Source: Lobosporangium transversale
Lineage: Eukaryota
DNA: 64,000 nt
Assembly (NCBI RefSeq): GCF_002105155.1
Contig: NW_019028980.1
Location: 1 to 64,000, forward strand
Direction: 5' to 3'
Shown here piece by piece: positions 51,386 to 63,178 of this stretch; position 1 is the first letter of the stretch; every line of letters starts with the position of its first letter. The notes under the pieces were generated by a model. That model was not told the DNA's origin and searched no databases. It saw only the letters and a program-made list of their open reading frames with translations. A program made the position numbers and the translations under genes.

Positions 51386-52349
51386 TCAATCCCAAGTTCC
51401 TGTCAAGCTTTCTGGGCCTTGAATCTTCCAGCCATTGCTATCGTTGCCGTTGTTGTCGTTGTTGTTAATGCTGCTACAAACATAATTATAGTTCTTCAGT
51501 CCACCGGTCGACAATGTTGTCAATGCCTCCTGGACCTTGACTGTCGGGATTTTACTACTGATCTGCTTCGCAAACTGGTTCAAAAACTCTGGATTGGTCG
51601 CAAACCGAACCACCACCAAGGTTGCATGTTGTCGATTCAGTCGAAACGTATTGGTCTTTGTGTCCATCAATAAACTCAAGCTCACATTAATTACATCTGT
51701 TACGGTCACATAATAATTCACTGGTTTGTTGATTACTGTCAATGTTAATAACCAATCCTTTTGACTCTGGAACTTTTTTTTAGTACCAAGGTCCACCTTG
51801 TTGAGACTGTTCAATAGTCCTGTTAAAGCCCTTGCAATCTCTTCCTTCTTATTTATATTCGATGAATACTTCTTGATCACCTCTTGCTCAAACTGTTGAA
51901 CGTCTCCTGTTAACTCTAATGGCTCATATTCTGTATAGGCTTTTGTGAACCCAGGGAAATCGATCGCTTTGCGGATATAATTCTCAAATGTCTCTGTCCT
52001 ATCCAAAATCCCTCGTTCCCGAGGCCGGAATCCTGCTTGATTAGCGCTGTAAACAAGGATACTCGCGACAGCTGAAGCATGGTTCTTTGGGTTCTCGAAA
52101 ATTGCCTCACCGTGATCATTGGGGTTCGTCGTATCCAGGCTAGTTAAAAGTCCTCTGCTAAGCACCGCTTGATTATTATTCTGACTGAATAAAGCCAGCG
52201 TCAAGGTTGCTATAGTAAAAGTATTTTTTTTATTTATTTATTTATTTTGTCCAAGAATACTTTGTGAAAAAAGTAATGTATCTTATCAATATCAAGTAAC
52301 TTCCATTGGTATTACCAAAGCAACTCAGAAGAATGGGCTTAAAGATCAT
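51386..52349 (-). CDS. Copy D of the secreted protein family, apparently intact
   Basis: Exon 1 52349-52316 (MIFKPILLSCF), exon 2 52209-51386 open. Motifs DTTNP, NHASAVASILVYS, YIRKAIDFPGF, WLLTLTVI and LSTGGL. Confidence 0.82.
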
Positions 52350-52880
52350 TAATGTATTTTCTCGTTTTCGCTCAGGGATGAATCTCGAGGTGGAATATTT
52401 AGTTTAGAAGCAATAAATGAGCGAAGATGGAGCGGAAGCAGAAGAATAGAAGTCAGGCAAAAAAGAGGAATTGTGTTTGCAGCAGGGATTTTACGATGGA
52501 CATTAACGTCATTAAAAGCATATGCTGTAAATGCAACATTGTAGATCGAGATGCATAAATGTGACTGATAACATTGGTTTTTTCCCACCCCGTCAATTAT
52601 AACAGCGAATAATGTAGCGTTCAGACAAGGCCCAATAACTACCATGTTAAGTTCCACACCTGGTATAACCAACCAACTACCTCCACAAGTCTTTTATTTT
52701 TATTTTAAAACTCCTCCTTAAAGTTATAAGGGAATGTATAGCCCGTTTCATTTGGTCGCGATACCTTATATTTTTTGAATACTTTCGAGTGTATTGGCAG
52801 CCAATTAGCTCGCTTGTTACGAGTATTGTTGCAAGTCCGTCACGTAGTGAGATGCCACCAGAACAATTCAATCATCGTTT

Positions 52881-53946
52881 TTAGATTAAAAATATAAGGT
52901 ATCGTGACCAAATAAAATTGGCGATATATTCGTTAACGGGGATAGCTACGAGTACGTGGGAATGCCGGCTTTTGGCTGCAAGATCATTATCATTCATCCA
53001 AGCCTTCAAAAAATCTTCAGCCTCAAAGCCACTCAAGACCTGCACCTGTGCCTCCATTAAACCACCAGTTGAAAGTCTTTCATTCGCCTCTTCCACGCTC
53101 CAGATAAGGATCTTTTGAGCAAGAGTTTTAGCATATCTTTTCAGATACAAACCGTTAACACTCCATGCTGCAGTCCGAATCGCCGCCTTTTGGTTGCTGG
53201 CGATCTCAACATAACCTGTCTCCTGATCAATTTCGAGTCTCAGACTAAGATCAATAATCTCAACAAGGACACTTCGCTCTTCTGGATCATTACCACCCAA
53301 ATCACCCCCGCCTTCATCCTCTTTCTTCCATATGTTGCGGACCACAACCTGGCTTAATCGCCATTGCTCCGTGGCTCGAGCTACAAGTCCATACAGCCTC
53401 CATGGTAACAGCCGTTTCACAAAAATCTCTGCCACTTCTTTAGCATCATTGATGCCCGATTGATAGCCCTTGCTCATGATCGCCTCATAAAGTTCATTCT
53501 AGTCATTGTCCAAGAGTTTTAATGACACTGCATGGTTGTTCACCAAATTGAAGCCTTTAAAGTTGGCAATCTCTTGCTTGTATCGGCCATAGATCTTGTC
53601 ATCATAGATTATTCCCTTTTCCTGAGGTCGATAGTCGACTACTTCAGCACTATACACAAGGATACTTGCAGCCGCTGCAGCATGATTGCGAAAATCCTTA
53701 AAGATATCAATTCCCACTTTTGCATCCGGATCTGTTGTGTCTTCGCCAGATAGACGGGTATAGCTAACTATAGCTTCACCACTGCTTCTGCTCGAGGTTA
53801 ATGCCATACTCACTTCAGTAACAAGGAAGGGGTTTTAGCAAAGCAAAAACAGATTGATTTTATGGACTGGAAAGCGGGATCATTATCGACTTGAAAAATA
53901 AAATATTACCGATAAAAGAGAGAAGGAAGCACTTGATGATAAGCAT
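52881..53946 (-). pseudogene. Copy E of the secreted protein family with a single in-frame TAG
   Basis: Exon 1 53946-53910 (MLIIKCFLLSFI), exon 2 from ~53812. The TAG at 53499-53501 (LLDND*NELYEAIMS) lies in one frame with the ORFs on both sides. Motifs DTTDP, NHAAAAASILVYS, FKGF, WRLSQ and LSTGGL. Confidence 0.8.
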
Positions 53947-54218
53947 GGTAGCAGCAAATGAAAAAATAATGGCAGAATAGGATTGAAAAAAAGAAAGGGA
54001 ATGGGTACATTGTACACGCCGCAATTAGTTTTGTCCAGTTGCAGAATAGTGAGCCGGAGTGGCGGCCCAAGCACTCTGTGTAGCACTATGTGCAACAGAT
54101 ATAATTGGATAATGTTACACGTTTTTTTATTATTATTCACAATAACGGATCCAAGTTTGAATGCGTTCTTAGGGAGGAGTATGAAAGGAAAAGGAAAAAA
54201 TACTTTCTTTTTTATCAT

Positions 54219-55200
54219 TTAAAGCTTGGCCTTGAAACCAGACTTGTCTTTGGCAGCGTTGAGAACAGAGTCGAGCTTGGTGGCCATCATGATGGCACCT
54301 TTGACCTTAATCTTGCCAGACATAAAGAGCTTCTGACCGTTAGCCTTGCCCTCGGCCAAGGCAATGAAGTCATCATCGGCAATGTCGATGACAATATCAG
54401 GCTTCTTGCCGTCAACGGTTCCCTTGTGCATGGAGCCGTTGCCAGTCTTCAAGTCGAATGTCCAAGTGGCTGTATAACAATAATTTACAGATGTAAATGA
54501 GTGTGATGTCATAACAAACAGTCTAAAATAAAGTTACAGATAACTTGTAACAGCTACAAGACATTACCAACTTTGCCCTCCTTGTTCTTGACATTGAACT
54601 GGAAGATACCCTTGACCTTCTTGACCTGCTCTTGACGCTCAGCATCAGAAAGGGTCTTGAGGTGCTCATCAATCTGAGTGAGGAGAGCAGAGGATTTGAA
54701 GCCGTCGACCTGGAGAGCTAGTTATTCATTCGACGAAAAAAAAAAAAAAAATATAAAAAAAATAAAAATTAGGAGTGCGGTTCGGTTCATGGATCTCATT
54801 ATCACTTTAGACCTCTCCTTTTGGAATTATAAAAAAAAAAATAAATAAATAAATAAATAAAAAAGAGTTGACTGATATCTTTCTATTTGCTTTCTGCTTT
54901 TTGTTCTTTCGCTCCTGTTTAATAAAAAAGGTGCAAACACGACTAGTTGGAATGATGGATGATTGGCATGACATCCTGTGAATTCAGAAATGATGTGTGG
55001 CATCTTGAAAGAAAGCCATGGTGATTAACTTTACAGCCCGCTGATCGACTCGAATGAACAGGGACAATAAAAGCAATAATGATGGTGAAAGCAAGACAAG
55101 TCGAGAATAGCGTATCATTCTTCAACAGGAAGACGTGTTGGTCTCAGGTGAGACTGTAAAATAACAAACAATGAAACTTTTACAACATGTACTTACACAT
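54219..55200 (-). CDS. SCP2 sterol/lipid-binding domain protein (POX18-like), peroxisomal
   Basis: Exons 55200-55197 (ATG T), 54717-~54568 and ~54470-54219 give MSLQVDGFKSS…KKVKGIFQFNVKN…WTFDLK…ANGQKLFMSGKIKVKGAIMMATKL…AKL (PTS1). Confidence 0.88.
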
Positions 55201-55485
55201 GATATAGATGTTTGGTGAATGAAAATGAGGTGGTAGAAAGAAGTGGAGAGAAAGAGGGAGGTTTTTGTTAAAAAGAATGAAAGAAAGAGAAAAAGGAAGC
55301 TTTCCTCGGCCGGAGATCGAGCTTTTTTATACTTTCTATTTTATGCGGTTTTGCGTGCCAAGCAATGTGATCGGCTGGGTAGTACAATTGTTCTCAATTC
55401 ACTCTCACCCTCCCTCTGCTTTCGCATTCAAGATCTTAATTTGTACTGTACTTGTAAGCTTTAAACCCCATCAACATCATCAACA

Positions 55486-55547
55486 TCATTAGTATCAGTC
55501 TCATTAGTATCATTAGTATCATTAGTATCATTAGTATCATTAGTATC
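55486..55547. repeat. 9-bp tandem repeat (CATTAGTAT) x ~6
   Basis: Directly visible upstream of the SCP2 gene. Confidence 0.85.
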
Positions 55548-56025
55548 CATTGTCTGTTTCATCCTTCTTCTACTTGTCAAGGTCAGTAGCATTGATCCAA
55601 ATGCAACAGCAATGTATGTTTGGACTTATAGGTATCGAAAAGAAAGACAGCAGTATTAACAATTTTATCTACAAAAATATCATCTGGAGGTCGCCGCTGT
55701 CTGCACTTCCCATCTACACAACATGTAATTGTAGTTTTGACTTTGTGGAGATCAAAAAGGATTTTGTTTTGCACGTGCAAATCATTTAGTCTGAACCGAG
55801 AGCTGTCACTTCGTGTCCTCGTGGACTATTTTTTTTGCTTTCCCCGCAAAAAATTCCTCCACAGCTCACTAAAACACTAAAACACTAAAACACGAAACAC
55901 GAGTGCAACGCGTACTAAAAGCTCATATACCCATATTTATATCTATATTATTATAATTTAGATAATTTAGTTTACCTATTGTTACCTATTTTATTTCTTA
56001 TTATATTCCAGGAAACATCCAGAGT

Positions 56026-57696
56026 TTACACCTTCCAAATCCCATAACCTAGCCAGACTTCTTCCAGAAGTTCAAACTTTAATAGATGAGTGGCAACCTT
56101 GTTTACAATTGGATGGGAGCCCAATGCCTGTAATCCATCGTTTGTTGAAGCGGCAATAGCATTCACCATATTAGCAGAAGTCATTGTTGTTGTTGTGGCT
56201 ATTGCTGATGTCGTGTCTAGGAGCATAGAACCAGGTCTAAAGTCATTTCCAGCGACTGAAGGTACTGTAGCTTTAGCTTCATGTTTCTTGGATTCTTCAT
56301 CACTCATCATCTCTGTTGTCGTTGACAGTGTTTCAGTATCCTTACTCTCAATGGATTCTTTAACCACTGCGGTTGCTGCGGTTGCCGCGACTGCTGCTGC
56401 TGCTGCTGCCGCTGCTGCTGCCCGTTTTTTGGTATAATGGCCTTGAGCCCATTTCTTGATTGCAGCCATAATCAATTCTTTTGTATCCAATCCTTTGATC
56501 CGAACTCGAAGACGTCTCAGGCTGTTGCAATTCCATGGGATCCGATCGACCAAATGAATATCCATCTCATGGCATGGAAGATCTACAAATGTCAGGTTGG
56601 GACATCTCGACATCATCAAGTGTATCATCCATCCTTCGTGAAACGTGTCGTTCACAAAAAAGACGTTATCTGAATTGTAGCTCCAATTTGCGACTTTGGG
56701 ATTGTCGGCTCGGATGACTGTTAATGTTGACTGGTTACGGATCAGGCCAAGAATGAAGTTTGAATTGATTTTTTTATATCGAAAGCATAGATACTGCATA
56801 TTCGTGAACACCTTGGCGGCCAAGTCATGAACCATGGTCCCATTAGCGTTCCGCATGTCATATTGTTTGATATTCGGGCTGTACTTTTTGACTACACTTC
56901 GGAGGAGTGCTGCATTTGAATCATTCAAATCAATCTCAAAACCTCGGATGTCCCAGTACACCAGATTCGGGAAATGTACCAACAGAGGATTAGATTCCAC
57001 TCTGTTAGAATCAGGCCAGAGCACACGGGTTAGTGACATGAAAATACTAGTGACACCGTTATGTTGAAATAATTCCTGGTTTTCTTCAGGCAAGATGTTG
57101 CAGTCAAGGATTTGTACTTCATTAAGATTGGGACATCTAAAAAGGACCTTGGAAAATGAGCTCCGGGTCATGTTAAGGCGTCTTATTCGAAGGTCTGAAA
57201 TGGTGGTAGTAGCAAAGCTAGCGACAGTTGTGGTTAAAGAACCTTGAGACTCATTCTCGATGAGTGCTTCCTCTAGCGCAAGTGTTTCATGGCCAGTCAA
57301 AGATTTACTGCCTTCGATCTCCAGTGTGATAAGTGTGCGTAGGTTTCGCCGGATGAGCTCAAGTGCGTGCTGATGATAGCCATTCCTTGGCTTTGTTCTG
57401 ATATGGAGCTGTTGTAAACGACTGACGCTGTCGGTCTGGAGTAAGTTGAGCTCTGATCTTTTGGTGATATTTTTCACTTTGCGGATGTGATGTCCATTTT
57501 TAGCCACAGTTTGTGGATGCAACTCTTTGAAGCTTGGTCGGGCCGCAAAATCGATGGTGTGCCACAAGTGCGGCGTAAAGTTGGTGTTCCAGACTTTGGA
57601 AACTTGACTACATGCGACCATATCGTTTGATCTGAGGAACTCACAAATCACCTCCAAGATTGTAGGCTCAAGGACAAGTGTAGTTGCATCTGTCAT
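56026..57696 (-). CDS. Intronless F-box/LRR (RNI-like) protein
   Basis: LEPTILEVICEFLRSNDMVACSQVSKVWNTNFTPHLWHTI, LRR-like body, WNCNSLRRLRVRI, poly-Ala tract, and terminal HLLKFELLEEVWLG. Confidence 0.8.
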   Translation of the reverse strand: MTDATTLVLEPTILEVICEFLRSNDMVACSQVSKVWNTNFTPHLWHTIDFAARPSFKELHPQTVAKNGHHIRKVKNITKRSELNLLQTDSVSRLQQLHIRTKPRNGYHQHALELIRRNLRTLITLEIEGSKSLTGHETLALEEALIENESQGSLTTTVASFATTTISDLRIRRLNMTRSSFSKVLFRCPNLNEVQILDCNILPEENQELFQHNGVTSIFMSLTRVLWPDSNRVESNPLLVHFPNLVYWDIRGFEIDLNDSNAALLRSVVKKYSPNIKQYDMRNANGTMVHDLAAKVFTNMQYLCFRYKKINSNFILGLIRNQSTLTVIRADNPKVANWSYNSDNVFFVNDTFHEGWMIHLMMSRCPNLTFVDLPCHEMDIHLVDRIPWNCNSLRRLRVRIKGLDTKELIMAAIKKWAQGHYTKKRAAAAAAAAAAVAATAATAVVKESIESKDTETLSTTTEMMSDEESKKHEAKATVPSVAGNDFRPGSMLLDTTSAIATTTTMTSANMVNAIAASTNDGLQALGSHPIVNKVATHLLKFELLEEVWLGYGIWKV

Positions 57697-58725
57697 TTGT
57701 TTTTACTTTTCCTTCCTTTCTCTTGATACGAACTACGGCAACAATACACATATAAGACAAAAAAATAAGGAGATCGAAGACTTGAATATAATATACAAGA
57801 TCTTGGTGTCAGAAAGCGAATTTGATCAAAGAAATAGAAAATGGAGAAGAGAAGCAAACCACTGTGGTTTTATACCGTTTATCAAGTTATGAGGGGCTAT
57901 TTCTTTTGAGAACAAGAATACAAATATGCATGGAGTGCCATCAACTGTCTTTTTTTTTGTTTTTTTTACTTCCTCTTCTAAGCATTGCACTTGAGACAAT
58001 AATCATATTCACATCGTGCAAGGAAAAGTAACAATAAATAGCAATCCTTTTAACCAGTCACCATGGTTTGATCAATGTACATAAAACACTCTCATGATCA
58101 GTCTTGTACAACTCAATTCAGGGGTCATCTCATTAAAGATTGTTAGGCAAGGACAGAAAAAAAGGCCCTTTTTCATTTCTCATTTCTCTCCAGGAGATTC
58201 AATATAATGAAAAAGTTGTCGTGTGATCTGAATGATCTGCTGGACTTTTGTGCACAATCGAAAGCAGATCAAAAGAATAAAAAAACTGCTCTATGCACAG
58301 TGACCTCCTACGAAGTCTGGTGGCGCAGAGTGTGCCACCATTAAAGAAGATCAAGGAAGAGAAGACTAGTGGGAAGAAAAAAAAAAAATTATTTTTTCGA
58401 AACCGCTGGATTTACAGCCTTAGCAGCCTCAGCGGACCAGAGCAATGTAACTTTCTCGGAGGCGGAAAGAGAATTGAGCCCCACCGCAAGGGCCATTTCA
58501 CATACACAGCAGATGTACCAACATTCAAAATATGCACCATAAATATTTGACCTTCACAAACACGCAACTGCGTCTAGAAGGCCACAGAACTGGATAGATA
58601 TCACACAAGCCATTGAATAATATTGGCCCATCTCTCATTGATGAGATTCATTTCATGGCCAATGCAGTTGAAATGAGCAAAGTTTTAGAGTTTGAATTCT
58701 CTCACACGATTGTGTAGAGTCAGTG

Positions 58726-58757
<32 letters not shown>

Positions 58758-59199
58758 GTAAAGTAGAGTAGAGTGGAAAAAGAGTATGGAATGTAGCTAG
58801 TTGAATAGGAGCGTAAAGAGTAATGCAATAGTTATAAGAATGACATTTGACAAATGTGATTTTACACTTTACATCCAACACCTTACCTATTGTTAAATGA
58901 GCGTGTGGGCGAAGAGAGAGAAGACAGAAAATGAGAGGGAAGCTTCTTTTTTAATGTTTTTTTTTTTTTTTTTTTTTTTTTTCGTTTGTTCCTACGCTAG
59001 TCCAACTTTGGCCTTACTTCGTTTTCTCCTTAGTTTACCTTTCTGCTGCGGGACAAATTTTCTGCCCAATGGTACAGCCCAAGAAAGGATGGCAAGGATA
59101 ACTCTCAAACACATTTCTTTCTGGTTTAGTTCCCACTTCACATCATTACACTTCATATTCCACATTAGATGATCGATCTTCCGACACCATTCATTGTGA

Positions 59200-59770
59200 A
59201 TGGAATCAACAAAGGATAGTATAGAATTGCATCCATGGTGACAAACTCTTTCACTAATTTATCAACCAAAAGTTCATGTAGCCGTGCGTCAATGAAACAC
59301 CTTCCATGACGATATCAGCAGTCATTCCAACAACAGTGGCAATAGTGGCGATGCGTTCAATGACACTTGTCCTCGGTATATCCTCATAATTGCACTGCGT
59401 CTATCTCTGTGTGCTATCTTTCAGTGCAACAGTGTCCCGCGCAACTTTGACAAGTCATTTTCTCTGCAAATTATTATTCCACATCCAGAGAGTCAACAAG
59501 CGGTTTGCTAAGCGACACCACTTCATCTGATATGTCAACGCAGTCATTGAATAAATACTTGAGCACCTTTCGAAGCTTAAACTACTGTCACTACCATATA
59601 TTCTTTCTCACGCTTCTTCAATTGTGGTATCTAACTAATCATACAATCCGAAAGCATCTCGGAATACGCCTGCAAACGTCTGTCGTCGAATGCAGTCCAA
59701 ATATTGATGTCGCCTCTTTGACTTATATCGAGATCAATCTATCCTATCTAAAGGTCGAAAGTTATAGAAA
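59200..59770 (-). pseudogene. Decayed coding-like relic of unknown identity
   Basis: Protein-like minus-strand text with stops: RRHQYLDCIRRQTFAGVFRDAFGLYD*LD… and KLRKVLKYLFNDCVDISDEVV…. Confidence 0.3.
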
Positions 59771-60289
59771 TCCAGGGTCGGTAATCTTTAGTGTTGCCAA
59801 TAAGTATAATGGATACACATAATGCGCATACTCTGGGGTTGTGCTGCTGTCCAATGACTCTATGGATATTGGATAAGAGTACGCTGAACAAGCTCGGTAA
59901 TGAGTAAAAGCGCCTGTATATAGTAATGAAAACGCTAGTTCAAGAGATGCTTCAAAGTGATACACGAGGTTCAACCTGACGGACAAGATACTGCAAATGG
60001 ATCAAATTGGACGCCTTGGCAGCGGACGACGAGCCAAGGAGGAGCGAGGATCAAATAGCAGAGCCTTTACACTTTAACTGTCGGATGGCCCATTTTCCCT
60101 TTGTTCCTCCCAGTAGGATCCAGGTTATTTTCAATCAGATACTGCTCCCTTATATGCTCCTGAAACAGCCTACATTGCTAGGTGCCCTCGGCTAAGAAGG
60201 GAATATTGCCCCTAAAGCAATGTAATGTTGGCAATGTTAACAATGAATTCATTGTCCTTTTCCAGACTAAACACTCGATCTTGGTATGT

Positions 60290-60760
60290 TGGACAATTAT
60301 GGCGAAAATTCGTTTGCGGAGAGTTCAAGCCATTTGTGGACACAAGAAAAGTGAGATAGACTCAAAAATAGCGGATGTCGCTGAGTTGAGTAGTTGTTGA
60401 ATAAAACCGTGTCGTTAGGAATCGCACTACGGATATTATGCGCCACAGGCGCGCTCACTTCATGCACACATGGATTTTTATTATGGCATAGATTGTTGAA
60501 TCTTCCAATATTCCGTTTCTCCTTGAATGCGCGAAAGGGAAAAACAAGGAGGGTGGATTGTTTAGCCATTCAAATACCCAAAGGCAAACAGGATAATCAA
60601 AGTTATAGAACTTGTTTAGTGGCAAAAGATCAGTGCCCTTTGACCCTTCTTTCCAATTCTTGGTCGCACAAGAACTTCGGCCCACCAACGCCTTGCCTAT
60701 TTTCATCTCTCGATTCATTCGACCCCACACCTGTTTGTTTTTATATTATGGTCAAGTGAG
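60290..60760 (+). mobile_element. Degenerate Crypton-like tyrosine recombinase relic
   Basis: DCLAIQIPKGKQDNQ…VAKDQCPLTLLS parallels IVIAIPQGKMNND…RNKDVEICPVGCLA of the Crypton at 3.8-4.0 kb. The rest is fragmented. Confidence 0.45.
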
Positions 60761-61177
60761 AAATCTTCATTGATGCAGCGGCTCTCGTCGTTTGTGCAGT
60801 AATAACTGTTTATTGACTATAGTTTCTGGAGTATTTTGTTCATAGAGTATAGAAAATAAATCCCATGGCCCTGAGGGTCCTTGTTATCAGAAAAAAAAAG
60901 GTATGTCATATGGTAATGTAATTCTGCTTATATGTTTGCTTGAGTCGTAGCAATTCAAGCTTGTCATATTGTTAATTTCATATAGGTCGATTTTTTCTGC
61001 ATGCTTGTCATCAGGTAGGTCAATGCCGTTTTGTACAGTATTGCAGCCTTCCAAGGACATGATACAAAAGTGAAGAAGCAGAAGTATAGTGCGCGCCAGC
61101 GCAGATCGTAAACTTGATGCTATTTATGCAATCATATAAAATTCTTTTTTAATATACTATATTACTGATATGAAAAT

Positions 61178-63178
61178 CTAGTCATCCCAATCATTAGAGT
61201 CATAACAGTCATCATAATCAGTATGAATTACTCTTAAGTTAGGCTTCTGCTCCTTCAACCACTCCCAGTGCGACTCATTCAAAGGATTATCTGTTAAAGA
61301 GCGATCTGTAAGTGTGATCTTTTCCAGCTTAGGCCATTGTTCAAACATGAATCGCACTTCTGGCATATCCATCTCTGCCCAAAAATTATACTCTAAGCAT
61401 AGATGTTTCAACTCTTTGAGGTCAGCCAACTCAGTTAACCAGCCATGCTTGATATTCAAATCCAATTCGAAATGATGTGTAGGATAATCTCGCATAGTTC
61501 TTGCAACTTCGCTTCTGTCAACGCTAAGCGTTAATTCCTCTAGCTTGTGTAAGCGACCAATCTGTTTATACACAGTTTGCCAAGCTTTTCCCCAATCGGA
61601 TGATGATATCTCATCGTCTGCATGCCTCTTGACACTATCTGGAATACCATTCTCATCCTCGCAGATAATAGCACTATTGTCTTGATCAAAACCATCAATG
61701 ATATTGCTATCATCACTATCATCACTATCATCACTATCATCGCTGCCTCTCCGTGGATCATCCGAGCTTCCTCTTTGACCTAGCGTTAATTGTAGGTCCT
61801 TCATTTCTGTACAAACCCACTCTTTACTCACGATATCCTCGAGATGTATTGCCACCTGCCCACAATCGCATGCATGGGCCCAAAATCGCTTCAATTGACG
61901 ACACCTGGAAAACATGAATTGAAGATCCTTACTGTGAACCACTTCACAGTCTTCCAGTTCAATCTCCTCAAGCGATTCTGCATGTTGCTTAATCAGCTTC
62001 GAAAATACACCTCTGTCCTCGCAAAAATAATTTTCATCATCGAAAAATTGTCCCGAAAACTTCTTGAGAGACCCAGATGAACATGCTTTGATCATAGCAA
62101 GTGCTGCCCTATCATCATAAGCGTCTCGTGTGAATAAGGAACATTCTAGATGCTGTAATTTTGGGAAAATATCATCTGGAAAGGTGTCCTGATTGTAATG
62201 TTCCTCGAATATTCTCGGAACGCGAAATCGTTCCAAATTAGGCAAAAATGTTTTAAAGAGGCGAGCGAGGAATAAATCTGGATAACCATCAGCATGAAAT
62301 GGCAATGCCAACGCCTTAATATTAGAGACAAAGTTAGGGTTTCTGTAGCTGCTGTTGGTATTGTTATTGTTGCTACTACTATTTCCACTAATTTTGCTGG
62401 CAATGCTCCTGTTGGGGCGATCCTCTATATCCTGGTCGGCGGTTCTGATCAAAGAGTCCAAAAGCGATGTAAAGTCATCTGAATAGCGAGCCGACCTTGG
62501 ATAAGTAGCGCCTCTAACATAAATATGGCTACACTCCACCTCTGTTAGTTGAGGATGAGTCAGGATAGCCTTCAAGAACCGAAGTAATATTTTTTGAGTG
62601 ATATGGAACTTCCGCAGGTCGAGTCTTTGAAGGCATGGCAAGGGCGAAAAGATGAGATCCAAAAGTTTTTGACGACCCCATAAATCGATGTTCGGTATGC
62701 ATCCGACATCGAGCTGGAGAGCTGCAAGCTGTGAACAATGATGAAGGATCGTGAGGAGTTGCTTGGCTGCCGGGACAGTTAGGTTCTTAGAAGAGACTAG
62801 AAGGCTATAAAGATTGAGGGGGGATGTAGAGCGTTTTAGAGATACCATTGCCCCTAACTCAGCTTGAAGTTTAGACGACGACGATGACGACAGTGAAGCC
62901 TCGGCAGCTCCTGGATATTCAGACGCATCGAACGGGGCCAAGCCGAGATTAAGAGTTTCTAAATCACGAATCTTCATGGATCGAAAGCGATGAAGGTTCC
63001 GAAAAAGAAAATCATGTTCTAAACGTTCGGGTCTGATGGTTGCTTTGGAAAATAGGTGCGGTTCCAGCACAGAAGCAAACGCTTTACAAGTGAGCATCAA
63101 TTGAACCAAGTCGCACAGTGACAGATGCAGCGCTACTAAGCTAGCAAGTTCAGGAATGTTAAAAATGTTGGAAACCAT
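61178..63178 (-). CDS. Intronless F-box/LRR (RNI-like) protein
   Basis: IFNIPELASLVALHLSLCDLVQLMLTCKAF, LRRs, EWVCTEMKDLQL, YKQIGRLHKLEEL and EVRFMFEQWPKLEKI. Confidence 0.82.
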   Translation of the reverse strand: MVSNIFNIPELASLVALHLSLCDLVQLMLTCKAFASVLEPHLFSKATIRPERLEHDFLFRNLHRFRSMKIRDLETLNLGLAPFDASEYPGAAEASLSSSSSSKLQAELGAMVSLKRSTSPLNLYSLLVSSKNLTVPAAKQLLTILHHCSQLAALQLDVGCIPNIDLWGRQKLLDLIFSPLPCLQRLDLRKFHITQKILLRFLKAILTHPQLTEVECSHIYVRGATYPRSARYSDDFTSLLDSLIRTADQDIEDRPNRSIASKISGNSSSNNNNTNSSYRNPNFVSNIKALALPFHADGYPDLFLARLFKTFLPNLERFRVPRIFEEHYNQDTFPDDIFPKLQHLECSLFTRDAYDDRAALAMIKACSSGSLKKFSGQFFDDENYFCEDRGVFSKLIKQHAESLEEIELEDCEVVHSKDLQFMFSRCRQLKRFWAHACDCGQVAIHLEDIVSKEWVCTEMKDLQLTLGQRGSSDDPRRGSDDSDDSDDSDDSNIIDGFDQDNSAIICEDENGIPDSVKRHADDEISSSDWGKAWQTVYKQIGRLHKLEELTLSVDRSEVARTMRDYPTHHFELDLNIKHGWLTELADLKELKHLCLEYNFWAEMDMPEVRFMFEQWPKLEKITLTDRSLTDNPLNESHWEWLKEQKPNLRVIHTDYDDCYDSNDWDD

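Noticed and set aside
55805..55920. CACTAAAA x3 with loose CTCGTG/CACGAG inverted motifs
   Set aside because: No clean TIR or TSD; likely a short local duplication.
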